Source of the DNA: Phormidesmis sp.
Lineage (GTDB): Bacteria > Cyanobacteriota > Cyanobacteriia > Leptolyngbyales > Leptolyngbyaceae
Length of the DNA: 64,000 nt
NCBI GenBank assembly: GCA_965248535.1
Contig: CBDFJR010000002.1
Coordinates: 320,001 to 384,000, forward strand
Reading direction: 5' to 3'
Numbering within the stretch: position 1 is the stretch's first letter; every line of letters starts with the position of its first letter. Below the pieces are notes generated by a model, which worked only from the letters and a program-made list of their open reading frames with translations, was not told where the DNA came from and did not search any database. The position numbers and the translations under genes are program-made. Below are positions 20,082-31,940 of this stretch, piece after piece.

Positions 20082-20531
20082 GTGGAAAGGACATTTTTGG
20101 CAATCAAACCGGATGGCGTGCAGCGTAAGCTAGTCAGCGAGATTATCGGGCGCTTTGAGACCAAAGGATTTACCCTCGTGGGTTTGAAATTCATGAACGT
20201 CAGCCGCGAACTTGCCGAACAGCACTACGGCGTTCACAAAGAGCGTCCCTTCTTTGGCAGCTTGGTCGAGTTCATCACGTCGGGCCCCGTGGTGGCGATG
20301 GTTTGGGAAGGCGATGGCGTGATTGCCTCTGCTAGAAAAGTGATTGGAGCCACCAACCCTCTCACCGCAGAACCTGGAACTATTCGCGGCGACTTGGGTG
20401 CCAATATCGGGCGCAACCTGATTCATGGCTCAGATGCACCTGAAACGGCTCAAAGTGAGATCGCTCTATGGTTCAAGGCTGAAGAATTAGTCAATTGGCA
20501 GCCTACCATTCTGTCCTGGATCTCCGAATAA
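20082..20531 (+). CDS. ndk: Nucleoside diphosphate kinase
   Basis: [21 protein letters not shown] and NLIHGSD motifs. Confidence 0.98.
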   Translation: MERTFLAIKPDGVQRKLVSEIIGRFETKGFTLVGLKFMNVSRELAEQHYGVHKERPFFGSLVEFITSGPVVAMVWEGDGVIASARKVIGATNPLTAEPGTIRGDLGANIGRNLIHGSDAPETAQSEIALWFKAEELVNWQPTILSWISE

Positions 20532-20556
20532 TCTCTGACGGTTCTAAAAAGATATA

Positions 20557-20594
20557 AAAAAGGAGAGATGTTTGACAGAGCATCTCTCCTTTTT
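20557..20594. terminator. Bidirectional intrinsic terminator (ndk / TerC)
   Basis: AAAAAGGAGAGATG...CATCTCTCCTTTTT. Confidence 0.8.
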
Positions 20595-20619
20595 GGTGTG
20601 TGTTCAATAGCCGATTGAT

Positions 20620-21384
20620 TCAAACTTCTAGTTTTTTTTCGTCAGGTTCAGCTAGCTTTTCGAGCGTAGGTTCGGCTAACTTCTCAGTTTCTATTGCCTG
20701 ACCTTCAACCAGATTACGCTTAGAGAATCCCCAGGCGAAGATCAGAGCAACGGCTGTCACCATCACCCATTCGGGCGGCACGAGACTGTCGTTGATCACC
20801 CTCGTCAACAGACGCAACCCGACCAAGGCAACAGTAATGTATCCTGCGTCTTCTAAGTGAGTAAACTCGTCTAACCAGCGAATGAATAGGCCTGCCATAA
20901 ATCGGAGGGCGATAATCCCGATCGTGGCCCCGATCAAAATCAGCCAGGTTTCTTGAGAGACGGCGATCGCGGTCGTGACGCTATCGAGAGAGAAGGCCAA
21001 ATCTGTGATCGCCAACATGGGGATCGCCTGCCACAGCGAGGTAAATCTCGGCCCGTGGTGCTCGTCTTCCCCTTCTGAGTCAGACGTAAAATATTGAAAG
21101 ACCAGCCACAGCAGATAGACTGCCCCTGCCAACTCAAACTGCCAATATTTGCTCACCCATGAGGCGGTCAAAATTAAGCTCATCCGCAAAATATAGGCAA
21201 ACACTAGCCCAATATTGAGGGCACGCCGTTCGAGTTCAGGCTTTTGTAACCCTTGGGCGATCGCGGCTAGAGCGATCGCGTTGTCTGCCGACAGCACGGC
21301 TTCTAAAGCGACTAAAACCAAGAGCAGCAAAAGCGTTTGAACGTCAAAGCTGGCAGGTAGATCTGAAAGTTGGTCTAGCATCAA
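20620..21384 (-). CDS. TerC family membrane protein
   Basis: LEAVLSADNA and DLAFSLDSV motifs. Confidence 0.9.
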   Translation of the reverse strand: MMLDQLSDLPASFDVQTLLLLLVLVALEAVLSADNAIALAAIAQGLQKPELERRALNIGLVFAYILRMSLILTASWVSKYWQFELAGAVYLLWLVFQYFTSDSEGEDEHHGPRFTSLWQAIPMLAITDLAFSLDSVTTAIAVSQETWLILIGATIGIIALRFMAGLFIRWLDEFTHLEDAGYITVALVGLRLLTRVINDSLVPPEWVMVTAVALIFAWGFSKRNLVEGQAIETEKLAEPTLEKLAEPDEKKLEV

Positions 21385-21610
21385 TGATTTCTTAAGCGTT
21401 ATAAACCGGATCGACTCAACCCTGACTTAGGAAAGAGTTTTACTCACTTATCAGCCTACCTTAACTGGGAGGTCTGAGTCATGATGACCCATCAGCCTGA
21501 GCCTCTTGATCCCCGCTTTGTGTTGAATCTTGTAACAAAACCCGCCGAAAGCGGACGGTTTGATCGACATTGAGGAACGATAACCCTGAGATTAAGGAGT
21601 TTCAAACCCA

Positions 21611-21706
21611 ATGCCACTATCAGATACCCAAATTCTAATCGCCCTGGTGGTTGCCCTAATTCCGGGCATTCTGGCCTTCCGGCTCTCAACCGAGTTGTAT
21701 AAATAG
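21611..21706 (+). CDS. psaM: Photosystem I subunit XII PsaM (not in ORF track)
   Basis: [40 protein letters not shown]. Confidence 0.96.
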   Translation: MPLSDTQILIALVVALIPGILAFRLSTELYK

Positions 21707-22108
21707 ATCGTCCTTAGCGATCGCAGCAGGAAAGCTGTTTTGTCTAATCTCCGCAGTGGCAAATGATTTTCTCGAAGTTGAGTGATCGTTTTTTAAGATG
21801 CGGGGTACACTGACGGGACAGTTTTCCTGCCAGTTCCGTTGAGTTGTGATTCAGACGGATGGTTGAGAAACACTGCTCAGTTCAGTTGTACTTCTTGATT
21901 TGGGTGCTGATTTTTGCGATTTTAGGTTAACTCTATGAGTAGAGTTACTGAGTAGCTGCAAAAACCTCTCTGGAATGAGTTTTTAGTCTTCTGAAATTCA
22001 GCCTGGTTTTTCAGATTAAAAGCGCTCGATTTAGAATTGATTGCCAAAGGCAGTTACTCCCATCAAGACTGTCAAAGTCTACCGTCTGCACTCGCATCCG
22101 TTGAACTC

Positions 22109-22510
22109 ATGAACGCACTTCAATCGCCGACTCCCCCCCTTCAGCCTGTCAGAACGCCACGATCGCAGCCTCGATCGGGTCAGCAAAAAAAACGCCAACA
22201 CCAGCGGGCGATCGCGATTGAAACCTCGATTAAGCTGGGGGTTAACCTGGCGCTTTCAAGCGTGGCGATCGCAGCATTGGGTCAACTGGTGCCCTACAGC
22301 ATGGTGCAACAGGCAAAGCTGCAAGAGATTAACGCCGAAGTTAAGACCACAGAACGCCGGGTTGGTCACGTCAAGGCAGAATTCAACCGCTATTTTGATC
22401 CCCGACAGGCAAAGGTGATCATGCAAGAGCAAACCAACCGCGCTGACCCTAGCCAGCGCCAAATAATTTGGGGCGATGCAACGTCTGAGACGGCAGCGCA
22501 GCTTCCTTAG
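22109..22510 (+). CDS. Conserved cyanobacterial bitopic coiled-coil protein (FtsL/FtsB-like topology)
   Basis: Basic N-terminus, one TM helix, coiled coil, FNRYFDP motif. Confidence 0.7.
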   Translation: MNALQSPTPPLQPVRTPRSQPRSGQQKKRQHQRAIAIETSIKLGVNLALSSVAIAALGQLVPYSMVQQAKLQEINAEVKTTERRVGHVKAEFNRYFDPRQAKVIMQEQTNRADPSQRQIIWGDATSETAAQLP

Positions 22511-22541
22511 ATAATTTTGAGAGAGTCAGCTTTGGGTTGGC

Positions 22542-22567
22542 AAAGGCGCTCGATCGAGCGCCTTTTT
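22542..22567 (+). terminator. Intrinsic terminator
   Basis: AAAGGCGCTCGATCGAGCGCCTTTTT. Confidence 0.7.
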
Positions 22568-22995
22568 GGTTTTTAGAAGCCCCTCAACTCGTCAAGTCTA
22601 GTCGTCTTATGCGGGGATCGCACTCCAGAGATACAAAATCTACATCATTGCAAGCGAATTGTATCAACGGTAACCTAATGATCTTGGCTAGACTGTCTAA
22701 AATAAAACCTGAACAGTTCAACCAGCGCTACAAAGTTACTTCTACACTATTACTTGGGTCAACCCTCACGACTCTGATTCTTTCACTGGCTAACCACGAT
22801 CGCCAAAGTTCAGTAATTCTTCGCATTTACCTCGCTGAAACTTTAGGCAATATAGTTGCGTCAGGTAAAACGTGTAACGACAACTTTACACACCTGCCTC
22901 ACCTTCCGAAACCGTGGTTCTTGGTTATGTAGTTAATACACACGCTTTACTCCTCTCCCATTCCGCACTTCAACAGAGTCGAGGAAACGATAGAC

Positions 22996-23370
22996 ATGAA
23001 ATTGCAAGACACCCAACGCCGGATCACTCTAGCAGGGTGGGTTAGATTTTCACCCACAGCAGACTCTACCAACGCTGCCACGGCTACCCGACTGCCTCAC
23101 GCCTCGCAAAAACCTGATTTACTTCGTCCGCTTCGCAATGCACTCGATCGCGTTCAAGTCCGCAACCCTGGTCTCGCTCATCGCCTTTGTAAGTCCATTC
23201 CGTCTCAGTGCCCCTTTGAGCGCGACGTTAAAGCCTTCGGGAAGACGTTGTTTCACATTCCTCCAATGTGCAAGCTCAACCCCCTTTATGACGAAGTGGT
23301 GGCCCTGCGGTTTCGAGCACTCTGCTATCTAGCAGATGAATGTGGAGAAGATATTAGCTGCTATTGCTAA
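22996..23370 (+). CDS. Mo-dependent nitrogenase C-terminal domain family protein (function unknown)
   Basis: LCKSIPSQCPFERD...IPPMCKLNPLYDEVVALRFRALCYLADECGED. Confidence 0.88.
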   Translation: MKLQDTQRRITLAGWVRFSPTADSTNAATATRLPHASQKPDLLRPLRNALDRVQVRNPGLAHRLCKSIPSQCPFERDVKAFGKTLFHIPPMCKLNPLYDEVVALRFRALCYLADECGEDISCYC

Positions 23371-23498
23371 AGGCTCCACGCTCCTTCTAAGAGGCTGTCT
23401 CTCAATCCTCGATTTTCCAGGTAGACAAATTCTACCGTCTTGATCCCCAAGGGGATCACGTTCTTAAAAAAGCTTATCGTGTCTGATTAAGTCACTAG

Positions 23499-23531
23499 AA
23501 AAGAGATGCCCTTGAAGGGCATCTCTTTTTT
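23499..23531. terminator. Bidirectional intrinsic terminator
   Basis: AAAAGAGATGCCCTTGAAGGGCATCTCTTTTTT. Confidence 0.8.
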
Positions 23532-23532
23532 G

Positions 23533-24447
23533 TTAGTTGAGCGCGATCGGAAACACCCAATCTCGATAATCTGGGTCTAAGTTTTCGGTGATGGCCGTGA
23601 GTTTGGCTTTTAACTGATCGGTGATGGGATGGGTGGTCGGCGTTGAATAAGTTTCGATTTTTTTGACGGGCGTAATCTTGGCCGCGGTGCCACTTAAAAA
23701 AACTTCGTCAGCAATAAATAGTTCTGATTTGTCTACGGGGCGCTCGATCGTCTTGATCCCCAAATTTCGCGCCAAGGTCAAAATGCTGTCTCTGGTGATT
23801 CCTTCTAAGATGTCTTGCTCATAGCCCGGCGTGATCAATTCACCATTGCGGATCAGAAAGATATTCATCCCCGATGCTTCGCTGACTTTGCCTTGAGTGT
23901 TAAGCAAAATTGCCTCATCAAACCCCGATTCGACCGCTTCGGTTTTGGCGAGAGAGGAGGTAATATAAGCGCCGCTAATCTTTCCTCTCAGGGGCAAACT
24001 GCGATCTTCTTGACGACACCAAGAGCTAATGCGACAGGTCACGCCATCTGCTGAAAGATAATCTCCTAACTCAAGCCCATAGACAAAAAAATCTTTCTCA
24101 ATGTTATGAAGTCGAGGTGCGATCCCCAACCCCGATGTGTAGACAAACGGACGAATATAAAACGATTGATCGGGTTTATTTTTTTGCACAAACTCAGTAA
24201 TAATTGCCTGAATTTTATCGGCGGACAACTCGTAGTGAATCAGTTTGGCACTGTTGCTGAGACGTTGACAGTGACGATCGAGCCGAAACAACAAAATTTG
24301 ATGGGCATTCTTCGGATCAGGAATGCCTCGCAGTCCGCCGAATGCCCCGGTGCCATAGTGGAGAGCGTGAGTCGCGATCGAGAGATTGGCCTCGGCAAAC
24401 GGGACAAACTGATTTTTGAAATAAGCGATCGGCAGAAAGTTGTGCAT
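23533..24447 (-). CDS. ilvE: Branched-chain amino acid aminotransferase
   Basis: HALHYGT, YIRP, KISGAY, EASGMNIF, LEGITR and EVFLSGTAA motifs. Confidence 0.93.
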   Translation of the reverse strand: MHNFLPIAYFKNQFVPFAEANLSIATHALHYGTGAFGGLRGIPDPKNAHQILLFRLDRHCQRLSNSAKLIHYELSADKIQAIITEFVQKNKPDQSFYIRPFVYTSGLGIAPRLHNIEKDFFVYGLELGDYLSADGVTCRISSWCRQEDRSLPLRGKISGAYITSSLAKTEAVESGFDEAILLNTQGKVSEASGMNIFLIRNGELITPGYEQDILEGITRDSILTLARNLGIKTIERPVDKSELFIADEVFLSGTAAKITPVKKIETYSTPTTHPITDQLKAKLTAITENLDPDYRDWVFPIALN

Positions 24448-24601
24448 AGCAGCGTTGAAGAGGATTGGACGAGGAAAATTTTTGCTGGACATCAGGCACC
24501 GTTCGTCGGGTTATCTTTAACCAACTCAACGACCCGTGACAATTCGCCATTGACACCCGTAGCATCTACTGACGATAATGGGAGTTTGTTGAAAACTCTA
24601 G

Positions 24602-25942
<1,341 letters not shown>

Positions 25943-26021
25943 CAGGCACCTCAAAAAGTTTTGGATTGAAACTGCTTAAAATCCAACGTCAACGTTCATC
26001 TCTCACATTCTCAAGGTCATT

Positions 26022-26612
26022 ATGCAAATCACGATCGACTGTCACAAACGCGCCGCCGGAAGTAAGCCCAATGCCCTGCGCCGTTCAGGACAAATCCCGG
26101 CTGTGCTCTATGGTCACAACGGCACCGAATCTCTAGAGTTGACCATTGATGCTAAAAAAGCCGAATTTTTAGTACGCGATGCCTCGGTCAACAACACGCT
26201 GATCGATGTCAATATTCCTGAACTGCCTTGGACGGGTAAAGCGCTGCTGCGCGAAATTCAGTCGCATCCCTGGAAGCGTCATCTCTATCACCTCAGCTTT
26301 TTCTCAGTCTCGGCCGAGAGCGTTCTTGAAATCACGGTGCCTCTGCACTTTGTGGGCGAAGCCTATGGGGTCAAGCAAGAGAGCGGCGTAATGGAAACCG
26401 AACTGACGGAATTGGTCGTGAAATGTCTGCCCGATCGCATTCCTCAAAGCATCGAAATTGATGTGACGAGTCTCAAAGTGGGTGACGCGCTCCACGTTCA
26501 CGAGTTGCCTCTGCCTGAAGGCGTAACCGCCCAAGGTGAAGCTAGTCGAGTGGTGGTGATGATCTCAGCCACCCGTGCCGGAGCCGGAGAAGAGGCTACA
26601 GCAGCCGTATAA
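26022..26612 (+). CDS. rplY: 50S ribosomal protein L25/Ctc
   Basis: LRRSGQIPAVLYG, EIQSHP and VPLHFVGE motifs. Confidence 0.95.
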   Translation: MQITIDCHKRAAGSKPNALRRSGQIPAVLYGHNGTESLELTIDAKKAEFLVRDASVNNTLIDVNIPELPWTGKALLREIQSHPWKRHLYHLSFFSVSAESVLEITVPLHFVGEAYGVKQESGVMETELTELVVKCLPDRIPQSIEIDVTSLKVGDALHVHELPLPEGVTAQGEASRVVVMISATRAGAGEEATAAV

Positions 26613-26694
26613 GCGCGGTTCCTGTCAATTTGAAGTGTATGTAGAACCAGGGAGCCACCATTCCCTGGCTTTTTTATGAGTGTCTGAGCGAACT

Positions 26695-28194
26695 ATGACC
26701 CAAACAACGTTGCCTCCTTTAATTCAGCAAATGCTGCGATCGGAGTTTTATCCGCACTCGGTGACGGAGCCGATCGCCCTGATTCAAACCCACGTCTCTT
26801 ATGTGCTGCTCACGGGCGAGGTGGTTTATAAACTCAAAAAATCGGTCAACTTCGGCTTTTTAGATTTCTCAACCTTGCAGAAACGGGAGCATTTTTGTCA
26901 TGAAGAAGTGCGCCTCAATCAACGGGGAGCCGCCGAACTCTATTTAGGCGTTGAGCCGATTATGCAGACGGGCGACACGTTTCAACTGGGCGGCGCTGGG
27001 GAGCCTGTTGAATATGTCGTCAAAATGGTGCAGTTTCCGCAAGAGACGCTGCTGAGTGCAATGTTCGATCGCGGCGAACTCACTGAATCATTATTAGAAG
27101 ATTTGGCGAGAGAATTGGCGGCGTTTCACCTTAAGGCACCCACCAACGACTACATTTTGAAGTTTGGGGAAGTCTCGCAAGTTCGACAAGCGATCGACGA
27201 AAACTATGATCAAACCGTGGGCTATATTGGGCGATCGCAAACCCAAGTCCAGTTTGATGAGACTCGCGCCTACACAGACAAGCTGTTTGCTGAACAAAAG
27301 CAACTATTTGACAGCCGAGTTCAAAATAAATGGATTCGTGAATGTCATGGCGACGTGCATTTGAGAAATATTTGCTTTTGGCATAACAAAATCTTGCTGT
27401 TTGACTGCATCGAATTCAACGAGCCGTTTCGGTTTGTCGATGTGATGTTCGATATCGCCTACATCGTGATGGATTTAGATGCGCGAAATCGTCCTGATTT
27501 GAGCAATTTATTTCTCAATGCCTACGTCGAGCAAACAGGCGACTGGGAAGGCTTGCAGGTGTTGCCGCTCTATCTCAGCCGTCAGTCTTATGTGCGGGCT
27601 AAAGTGACTTCGTTTTTACTAGATGATCCGGCAATTCCAGAATCGGTGAAGCAAGAAGCGAGTCAAACCGCCGATCGCTACTATCGGTTAGCGTGGGACT
27701 ATACGCGCCACAAGTCAGGACAATTGACGATGATGTCCGGTTTGTCCGGTTCGGGCAAAAGCACCGTGGCGCGTCAGTTAGCCCGTCAGACGGGAGCGAT
27801 TCACCTACGATCGGATGCCATTCGCAAACATCTGGGCGGCGTTGCGCTTGATGCCAAAGGAGAAACTGATCTCTATACCTCAGAGATGACTGAGAAAACT
27901 TACGATCGCCTTCTCAATCTCGGCATCGCGCTAGCATCCCAGGGCTATTCAGTGATTTTGGATGCCAAATATGATCGCCAGGCTTTACGATCGCCCGTCA
28001 TTGCCCAAGCCACTGCTCATCAGCTTCCGTTAGAAATTCTCTATTGTGATGCGCCGATATCGGTGTTGAGCGATCGCTTGCAGCAGCGTCAGGGCGATGT
28101 CTCAGATGCCACGGCTGACCTACTCAAAACCCAGCACATGGAGCCGTTTAGCGACACCGAAAAACCGTATCTCAAGACGTTAGACACTCTTTAA
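26695..28194 (+). CDS. Bifunctional aminoglycoside-phosphotransferase-like / AAA_33 kinase protein
   Basis: IQTHVSYV, RECHGDVHLRN, FDCIEFN; C-terminal GLSGSGKS P-loop. Confidence 0.88.
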   Translation: MTQTTLPPLIQQMLRSEFYPHSVTEPIALIQTHVSYVLLTGEVVYKLKKSVNFGFLDFSTLQKREHFCHEEVRLNQRGAAELYLGVEPIMQTGDTFQLGGAGEPVEYVVKMVQFPQETLLSAMFDRGELTESLLEDLARELAAFHLKAPTNDYILKFGEVSQVRQAIDENYDQTVGYIGRSQTQVQFDETRAYTDKLFAEQKQLFDSRVQNKWIRECHGDVHLRNICFWHNKILLFDCIEFNEPFRFVDVMFDIAYIVMDLDARNRPDLSNLFLNAYVEQTGDWEGLQVLPLYLSRQSYVRAKVTSFLLDDPAIPESVKQEASQTADRYYRLAWDYTRHKSGQLTMMSGLSGSGKSTVARQLARQTGAIHLRSDAIRKHLGGVALDAKGETDLYTSEMTEKTYDRLLNLGIALASQGYSVILDAKYDRQALRSPVIAQATAHQLPLEILYCDAPISVLSDRLQQRQGDVSDATADLLKTQHMEPFSDTEKPYLKTLDTL

Positions 28195-28320
28195 ACTCTA
28201 GAAGGAAAATCCTTGAAGTAGTCGCCTGTCATTCGTCGTCAAATCTCCTGTTTCCAAGCGAGGGAAAAATGACGAATGACTGACGATGAATGAGGTATCC
28301 TGTGTAGTGGTCATCAAGGG

Positions 28321-28668
28321 TTGAGTACAGTGCGAAGACAACCAATCTCAAAAGGATTTTCGACAGGACTGCAAATTTGGCTGCTGTTCTTGATCGGCCT
28401 ATTTGGGATGGGCTATTCTGCTCCCTTAAGTATTTTGCTAGGCGCGATCGGCGGTCTAGCCAGCGGCTTAATTGTCGATTGGTGGGGGTCAAAAGACGAG
28501 GAAAAGAAGCCAAAACCCAAAGCAGTTGAAGACGATGGGCTGGCCGAAGAAACCAAGGTTCGCAAAAAACGCAGCCAATACTCTAGCCTTAAGCAGCGCA
28601 GCAAGAAACGCAAACAGCAGCAAGAACCCACTACCTCTTGGTGGCAGCAGCTTCGCAGACGCTCCTAA
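28321..28668 (+). CDS. Hypothetical membrane protein with basic C-terminus
   Basis: Two TM segments (LGAIGGLASG) followed by a Lys/Arg-rich tail. Confidence 0.6.
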   Translation: MSTVRRQPISKGFSTGLQIWLLFLIGLFGMGYSAPLSILLGAIGGLASGLIVDWWGSKDEEKKPKPKAVEDDGLAEETKVRKKRSQYSSLKQRSKKRKQQQEPTTSWWQQLRRRS

Positions 28669-28687
28669 TCAGCACCCAATCAGTCGC

Positions 28688-29776
28688 CTATTGCTCTTCG
28701 CCACACTGTCCGCGCTGTCGCAACAGGTGATCACACAAAACTAGCGCCACCATGGCCTCTACCATCGGCACGGCTCTTGGCAACACACAGGGATCGTGGC
28801 GACCTTTGGCGGCCAGCGTCACTTCTTCTCCGGTGTTGGTGACGGTGCGCTGCTCTTTGCGAATTGTGGCGGTGGGCTTGAAGGCGACCCGAATCAGAAT
28901 ATTTTCTCCGTTCGAGATGCCGCCCTGAACGCCGCCCGATCGGTTGGTCACAGTGCGAATTTCGCCATTCTCGGTATAGAATTCGTCGTTGTGTTCGCTG
29001 CCTGTCATCACGGTGCCTGCAAACCCAGAGCCAATCTCAAAGCCTTTGGTGGCGGGGAGAGACATCACGGCTTTGGCCAGATCGGCTTCTAGCTTGTCAA
29101 ACACCGGGTCGCCTAACCCCTTAGGAACACGCCGCGCCACGCACTCGACTACGCCCCCGATCGAGTCGCCCTGATTGCGAATTTTCTCGATCAAATCGAT
29201 CATTTGCTCGGCGCACTCTGAGTCAGGACAGCGCACGATGTTGCTCTCAACCGCCTCTAGCGTCACGGTATTGGGATCGACTACGCCTTCTATATCTTTG
29301 ATGCGTTTGACGTAGGCGATGATCTCAACACCTGCGATCGCGTGCAGAATTTTTTTAGCGATCGCGCCTGCTGCTACGCGCCCGATCGTTTCTCGCGCTG
29401 ACGATCGTCCGCCACCCTGCCAGTTGCGAATGCCGTATTTCGCGTCATAGGTCGCGTCGGCGTGAGACGGACGATATTTCACCGCCATCTCGTCATAGTC
29501 TTGCGATCGCTGATCTTGATTGCGAACTAAAATCGCGATCGGCGTTCCCAACGTTTTGCCCTCAAACAGTCCTGACAGAATCTCGCAGCGATCAGCTTCA
29601 TTGCGAGGCGTGGTGATTTTGCTTTGCCCCGGTCGTCGTCGATCTAGCTCAAACTGAATCTCGTCTGCCGAAATCTCAATCTTGGGCGGACACCCGTCGA
29701 TCACCACGCCCACGCCGCCGCCGTGCGATTCGCCAAACGTAGAGATGCGAAACAAATGACCGAAGTTGCTGCCCAT
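28688..29776 (-). CDS. aroC: Chorismate synthase
   Basis: [20 protein letters not shown] and GRHDPC motifs. Confidence 0.98.
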   Translation of the reverse strand: MGSNFGHLFRISTFGESHGGGVGVVIDGCPPKIEISADEIQFELDRRRPGQSKITTPRNEADRCEILSGLFEGKTLGTPIAILVRNQDQRSQDYDEMAVKYRPSHADATYDAKYGIRNWQGGGRSSARETIGRVAAGAIAKKILHAIAGVEIIAYVKRIKDIEGVVDPNTVTLEAVESNIVRCPDSECAEQMIDLIEKIRNQGDSIGGVVECVARRVPKGLGDPVFDKLEADLAKAVMSLPATKGFEIGSGFAGTVMTGSEHNDEFYTENGEIRTVTNRSGGVQGGISNGENILIRVAFKPTATIRKEQRTVTNTGEEVTLAAKGRHDPCVLPRAVPMVEAMVALVLCDHLLRQRGQCGEEQ

Positions 29777-29853
29777 GATGTTTGAAGGAATAGAGTTACG
29801 ATCGTGTCTAAAAAAATGAATAGGGAGCCAGCCATTGCTAACTCCCTACTTGA

Positions 29854-29925
29854 TGGGTTGCCCGGGATTCGAACCCGGGACCAGTCGGTTAAAAGCCGAA
29901 TGCTCTACCACTGAGCTAGCAACCC
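29854..29925 (-). tRNA. trnK: tRNA-Lys(UUU)
   Basis: GGGTTGCTAGCTCAGTGGTAGAGCATTCGGC-T-TTT-AACCGA...GGTTCGAATCC...GCAACCCA cloverleaf. Confidence 0.97.
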
Positions 29926-30048
29926 CCGTTTGCGCGTTTTTAACGTGCGTATGCAAATATAGCACAGATTCAGAGGAACTTGGCAACCCATTGAGAATCA
30001 TGGATTCAATCAAGCCAGAATCGACACTAGCCACGGCATCTCAGCCCA

Positions 30049-31002
30049 CTATTGCTCAAACGTCTCATAGGCTTCAACAATGCGTTGAACGAGATGATGT
30101 CTAACCACATCAGCTTTTGAGAGATTGCAGAACGCGATGCCATCTACCGATCGTAAGATTCGCTCTGCCATCGCCAGCCCAGAGGTTTGATGGTGGGGCA
30201 AATCAGTCTGCGTCAAATCGCCCGTCACGACCATTTTAGAGCGAAAGCCAATGCGCGTCAGCAGCATTTTCATTTGGGCGGGCGTGGTGTTTTGAGCCTC
30301 ATCCACAATCACAAAGGCATTGTTGAGGGTGCGACCGCGCATATAAGCGATCGGAGCCACTTCAATAATCCCTCGCTCCATTAAACTAGCGATTTTTTCT
30401 GGCTCTACAAACTCATAGAGCGCGTCGTAAAGCGGACGCAGATAGGGATTCACCTTTTGCTGCAAATCTCCGGGCAAAAAGCCTAACTTCTCGCCAGCCT
30501 CCACCGCCGGACGGGTAAGCACTAAGCGCTCATATTCATTAGACAGCAGCGCTTGAACGGCTAAAACGGCTGCTAGGTAAGTTTTCCCAGTCCCGGCGGG
30601 GCCGATGCCAAAGGTTAGGTCATGGGTGCGAACGGCTTGAATGTATTGCCGCTGTCGAAAGGTTTTAGCTCGAATCACATCGCCGCGCCGCGTCCGTGCC
30701 AAGATATCTTGCTGAAGCTCTTGTAGAGTGTCTTCTTGATGATCATCCAAAGCTTGACGCGCCGTGAGAATATCAACACTCGTGATCGGCTTACCCTGGC
30801 TCCAATAGTCTTCGAGCGCCTTGATCAGTTTTTGTCCTAGATTAATTTGCTGCTTAGTTCCAGAGATGATTAACTCTTGTCCTCGCATCACTAGCGTGGC
30901 TCCAGTTTGCTTGGATAGCGTCTTCAGGTTATTTTCCTGGGTTCCGGCTAGCGCGATCGCGCTTTCAACATTGGGCAATTCAACAGTTAAGGTTTCTACC
31001 AT
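30049..31002 (-). CDS. phoH: PhoH family protein
   Basis: GPAGTGKT, RPAVEAGE.LGFLPG, MRGRT and DEAQN motifs. Confidence 0.93.
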   Translation of the reverse strand: MVETLTVELPNVESAIALAGTQENNLKTLSKQTGATLVMRGQELIISGTKQQINLGQKLIKALEDYWSQGKPITSVDILTARQALDDHQEDTLQELQQDILARTRRGDVIRAKTFRQRQYIQAVRTHDLTFGIGPAGTGKTYLAAVLAVQALLSNEYERLVLTRPAVEAGEKLGFLPGDLQQKVNPYLRPLYDALYEFVEPEKIASLMERGIIEVAPIAYMRGRTLNNAFVIVDEAQNTTPAQMKMLLTRIGFRSKMVVTGDLTQTDLPHHQTSGLAMAERILRSVDGIAFCNLSKADVVRHHLVQRIVEAYETFEQ

Positions 31003-31187
31003 GCAGACCAGGGCTAGGGTTTAGAGTCGCGACGCTGAATCTTGATAAAAGCTGATCTAAAACTCAACATCTAAACGCTAAAGACACCTGAGCCTCTGTC
31101 TTTGCAGACTGATCAGGTGTCTCTTGAGCATCTATCTATTAGTGTAGCGAGAGTCAGGAAACACTGGCTCAAAACTGTAACCTTCGG

Positions 31188-31592
31188 TTACTCACTGGGT
31201 CGAGGTTTGGGCTTAGGCACCACTCGCGGTGCGCTTGACGGTCGAGGAGGCGCTTCTGAGCGACGCGGAGCAAATGACTCATCCGATCGCTCCTGATCAG
31301 ACCCTTCTTTTTGGGTGCCATAGACATCCAGCAGGGCCGTGTGTCCGGCAGCTTTTGCCACCCCTTCAAGGACACTGCGGATCGCCTGGATGTTGCGTCC
31401 ACCGCGGCCAAACACTCGCCCATTATCGGTTCCTTCAAAGGCTAGCCGCACCCAGACCCGCGATCGCGACGAAATCTCGCAGTCAACCTTGAGCGAGTCT
31501 GGGGTTTGTAAAAATGGCTGAACTAGAAATTGCACCAGACCTGCATAGTCTGGGACGGCGGTTGCGGGTTCTGGCATAGAAGCATCAGGCAC
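31188..31592 (-). CDS. khpA: KH-domain RNA-binding protein (KhpA-like)
   Basis: [15 protein letters not shown]; lies downstream of rpsP. Confidence 0.85.
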   Translation of the reverse strand: MPDASMPEPATAVPDYAGLVQFLVQPFLQTPDSLKVDCEISSRSRVWVRLAFEGTDNGRVFGRGGRNIQAIRSVLEGVAKAAGHTALLDVYGTQKEGSDQERSDESFAPRRSEAPPRPSSAPRVVPKPKPRPSE

Positions 31593-31836
31593 GAACTTTT
31601 TGTTCTAAAACGCTGGCTTTGGTCAAAATATTGCGAACGGTTTCGGTCGGCTGGGCACCTTTTTGCAGCCAAGCCTCGATCGCAGGCACATCTAGCCGCG
31701 TTTCATCAGTGCGGGGATTGTAGAACCCGACTTCGGCGATCGGTCTACCATCGCGACGATCGCGACTATTAATGGCGACGATGCGGTAGCTGACTTCGCG
31801 CTTTTTGCCGTATCGCTTTAATCGCAGTTTGATCAT
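31585..31836 (-). CDS. rpsP: 30S ribosomal protein S16
   Basis: [29 protein letters not shown]. Confidence 0.98.
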   Translation of the reverse strand: MIKLRLKRYGKKREVSYRIVAINSRDRRDGRPIAEVGFYNPRTDETRLDVPAIEAWLQKGAQPTETVRNILTKASVLEQKVRA

Positions 31837-31940
31837 GCTAGAAAACTAAACTCCTGTTGGATTACAAAATCGTTCGATCATGGACTTATCATCCTATCAC
31901 AGCAAACGGACAGGATCATGGGGATGGAACCCGATCGGGC

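Noticed and set aside
22661..22674. NtcA-like GTA-N8-AAC
   Set aside because: Imperfect match, far from a start codon, with no convincing -10 at the canonical spacing
22537..22932. 131-aa ORF in the track
   Set aside because: Starts within a terminator, has no RBS and no recognisable motifs; probably non-coding
22996..23370. Nitrogenase gene
   Set aside because: The domain name is misleading; there is no nif cluster or NifD/K similarity
29835..30104. ORFs overlapping 29.85-29.93 kb
   Set aside because: Explained by tRNA-Lys; no integrated element or att duplication was seen next to either tRNA
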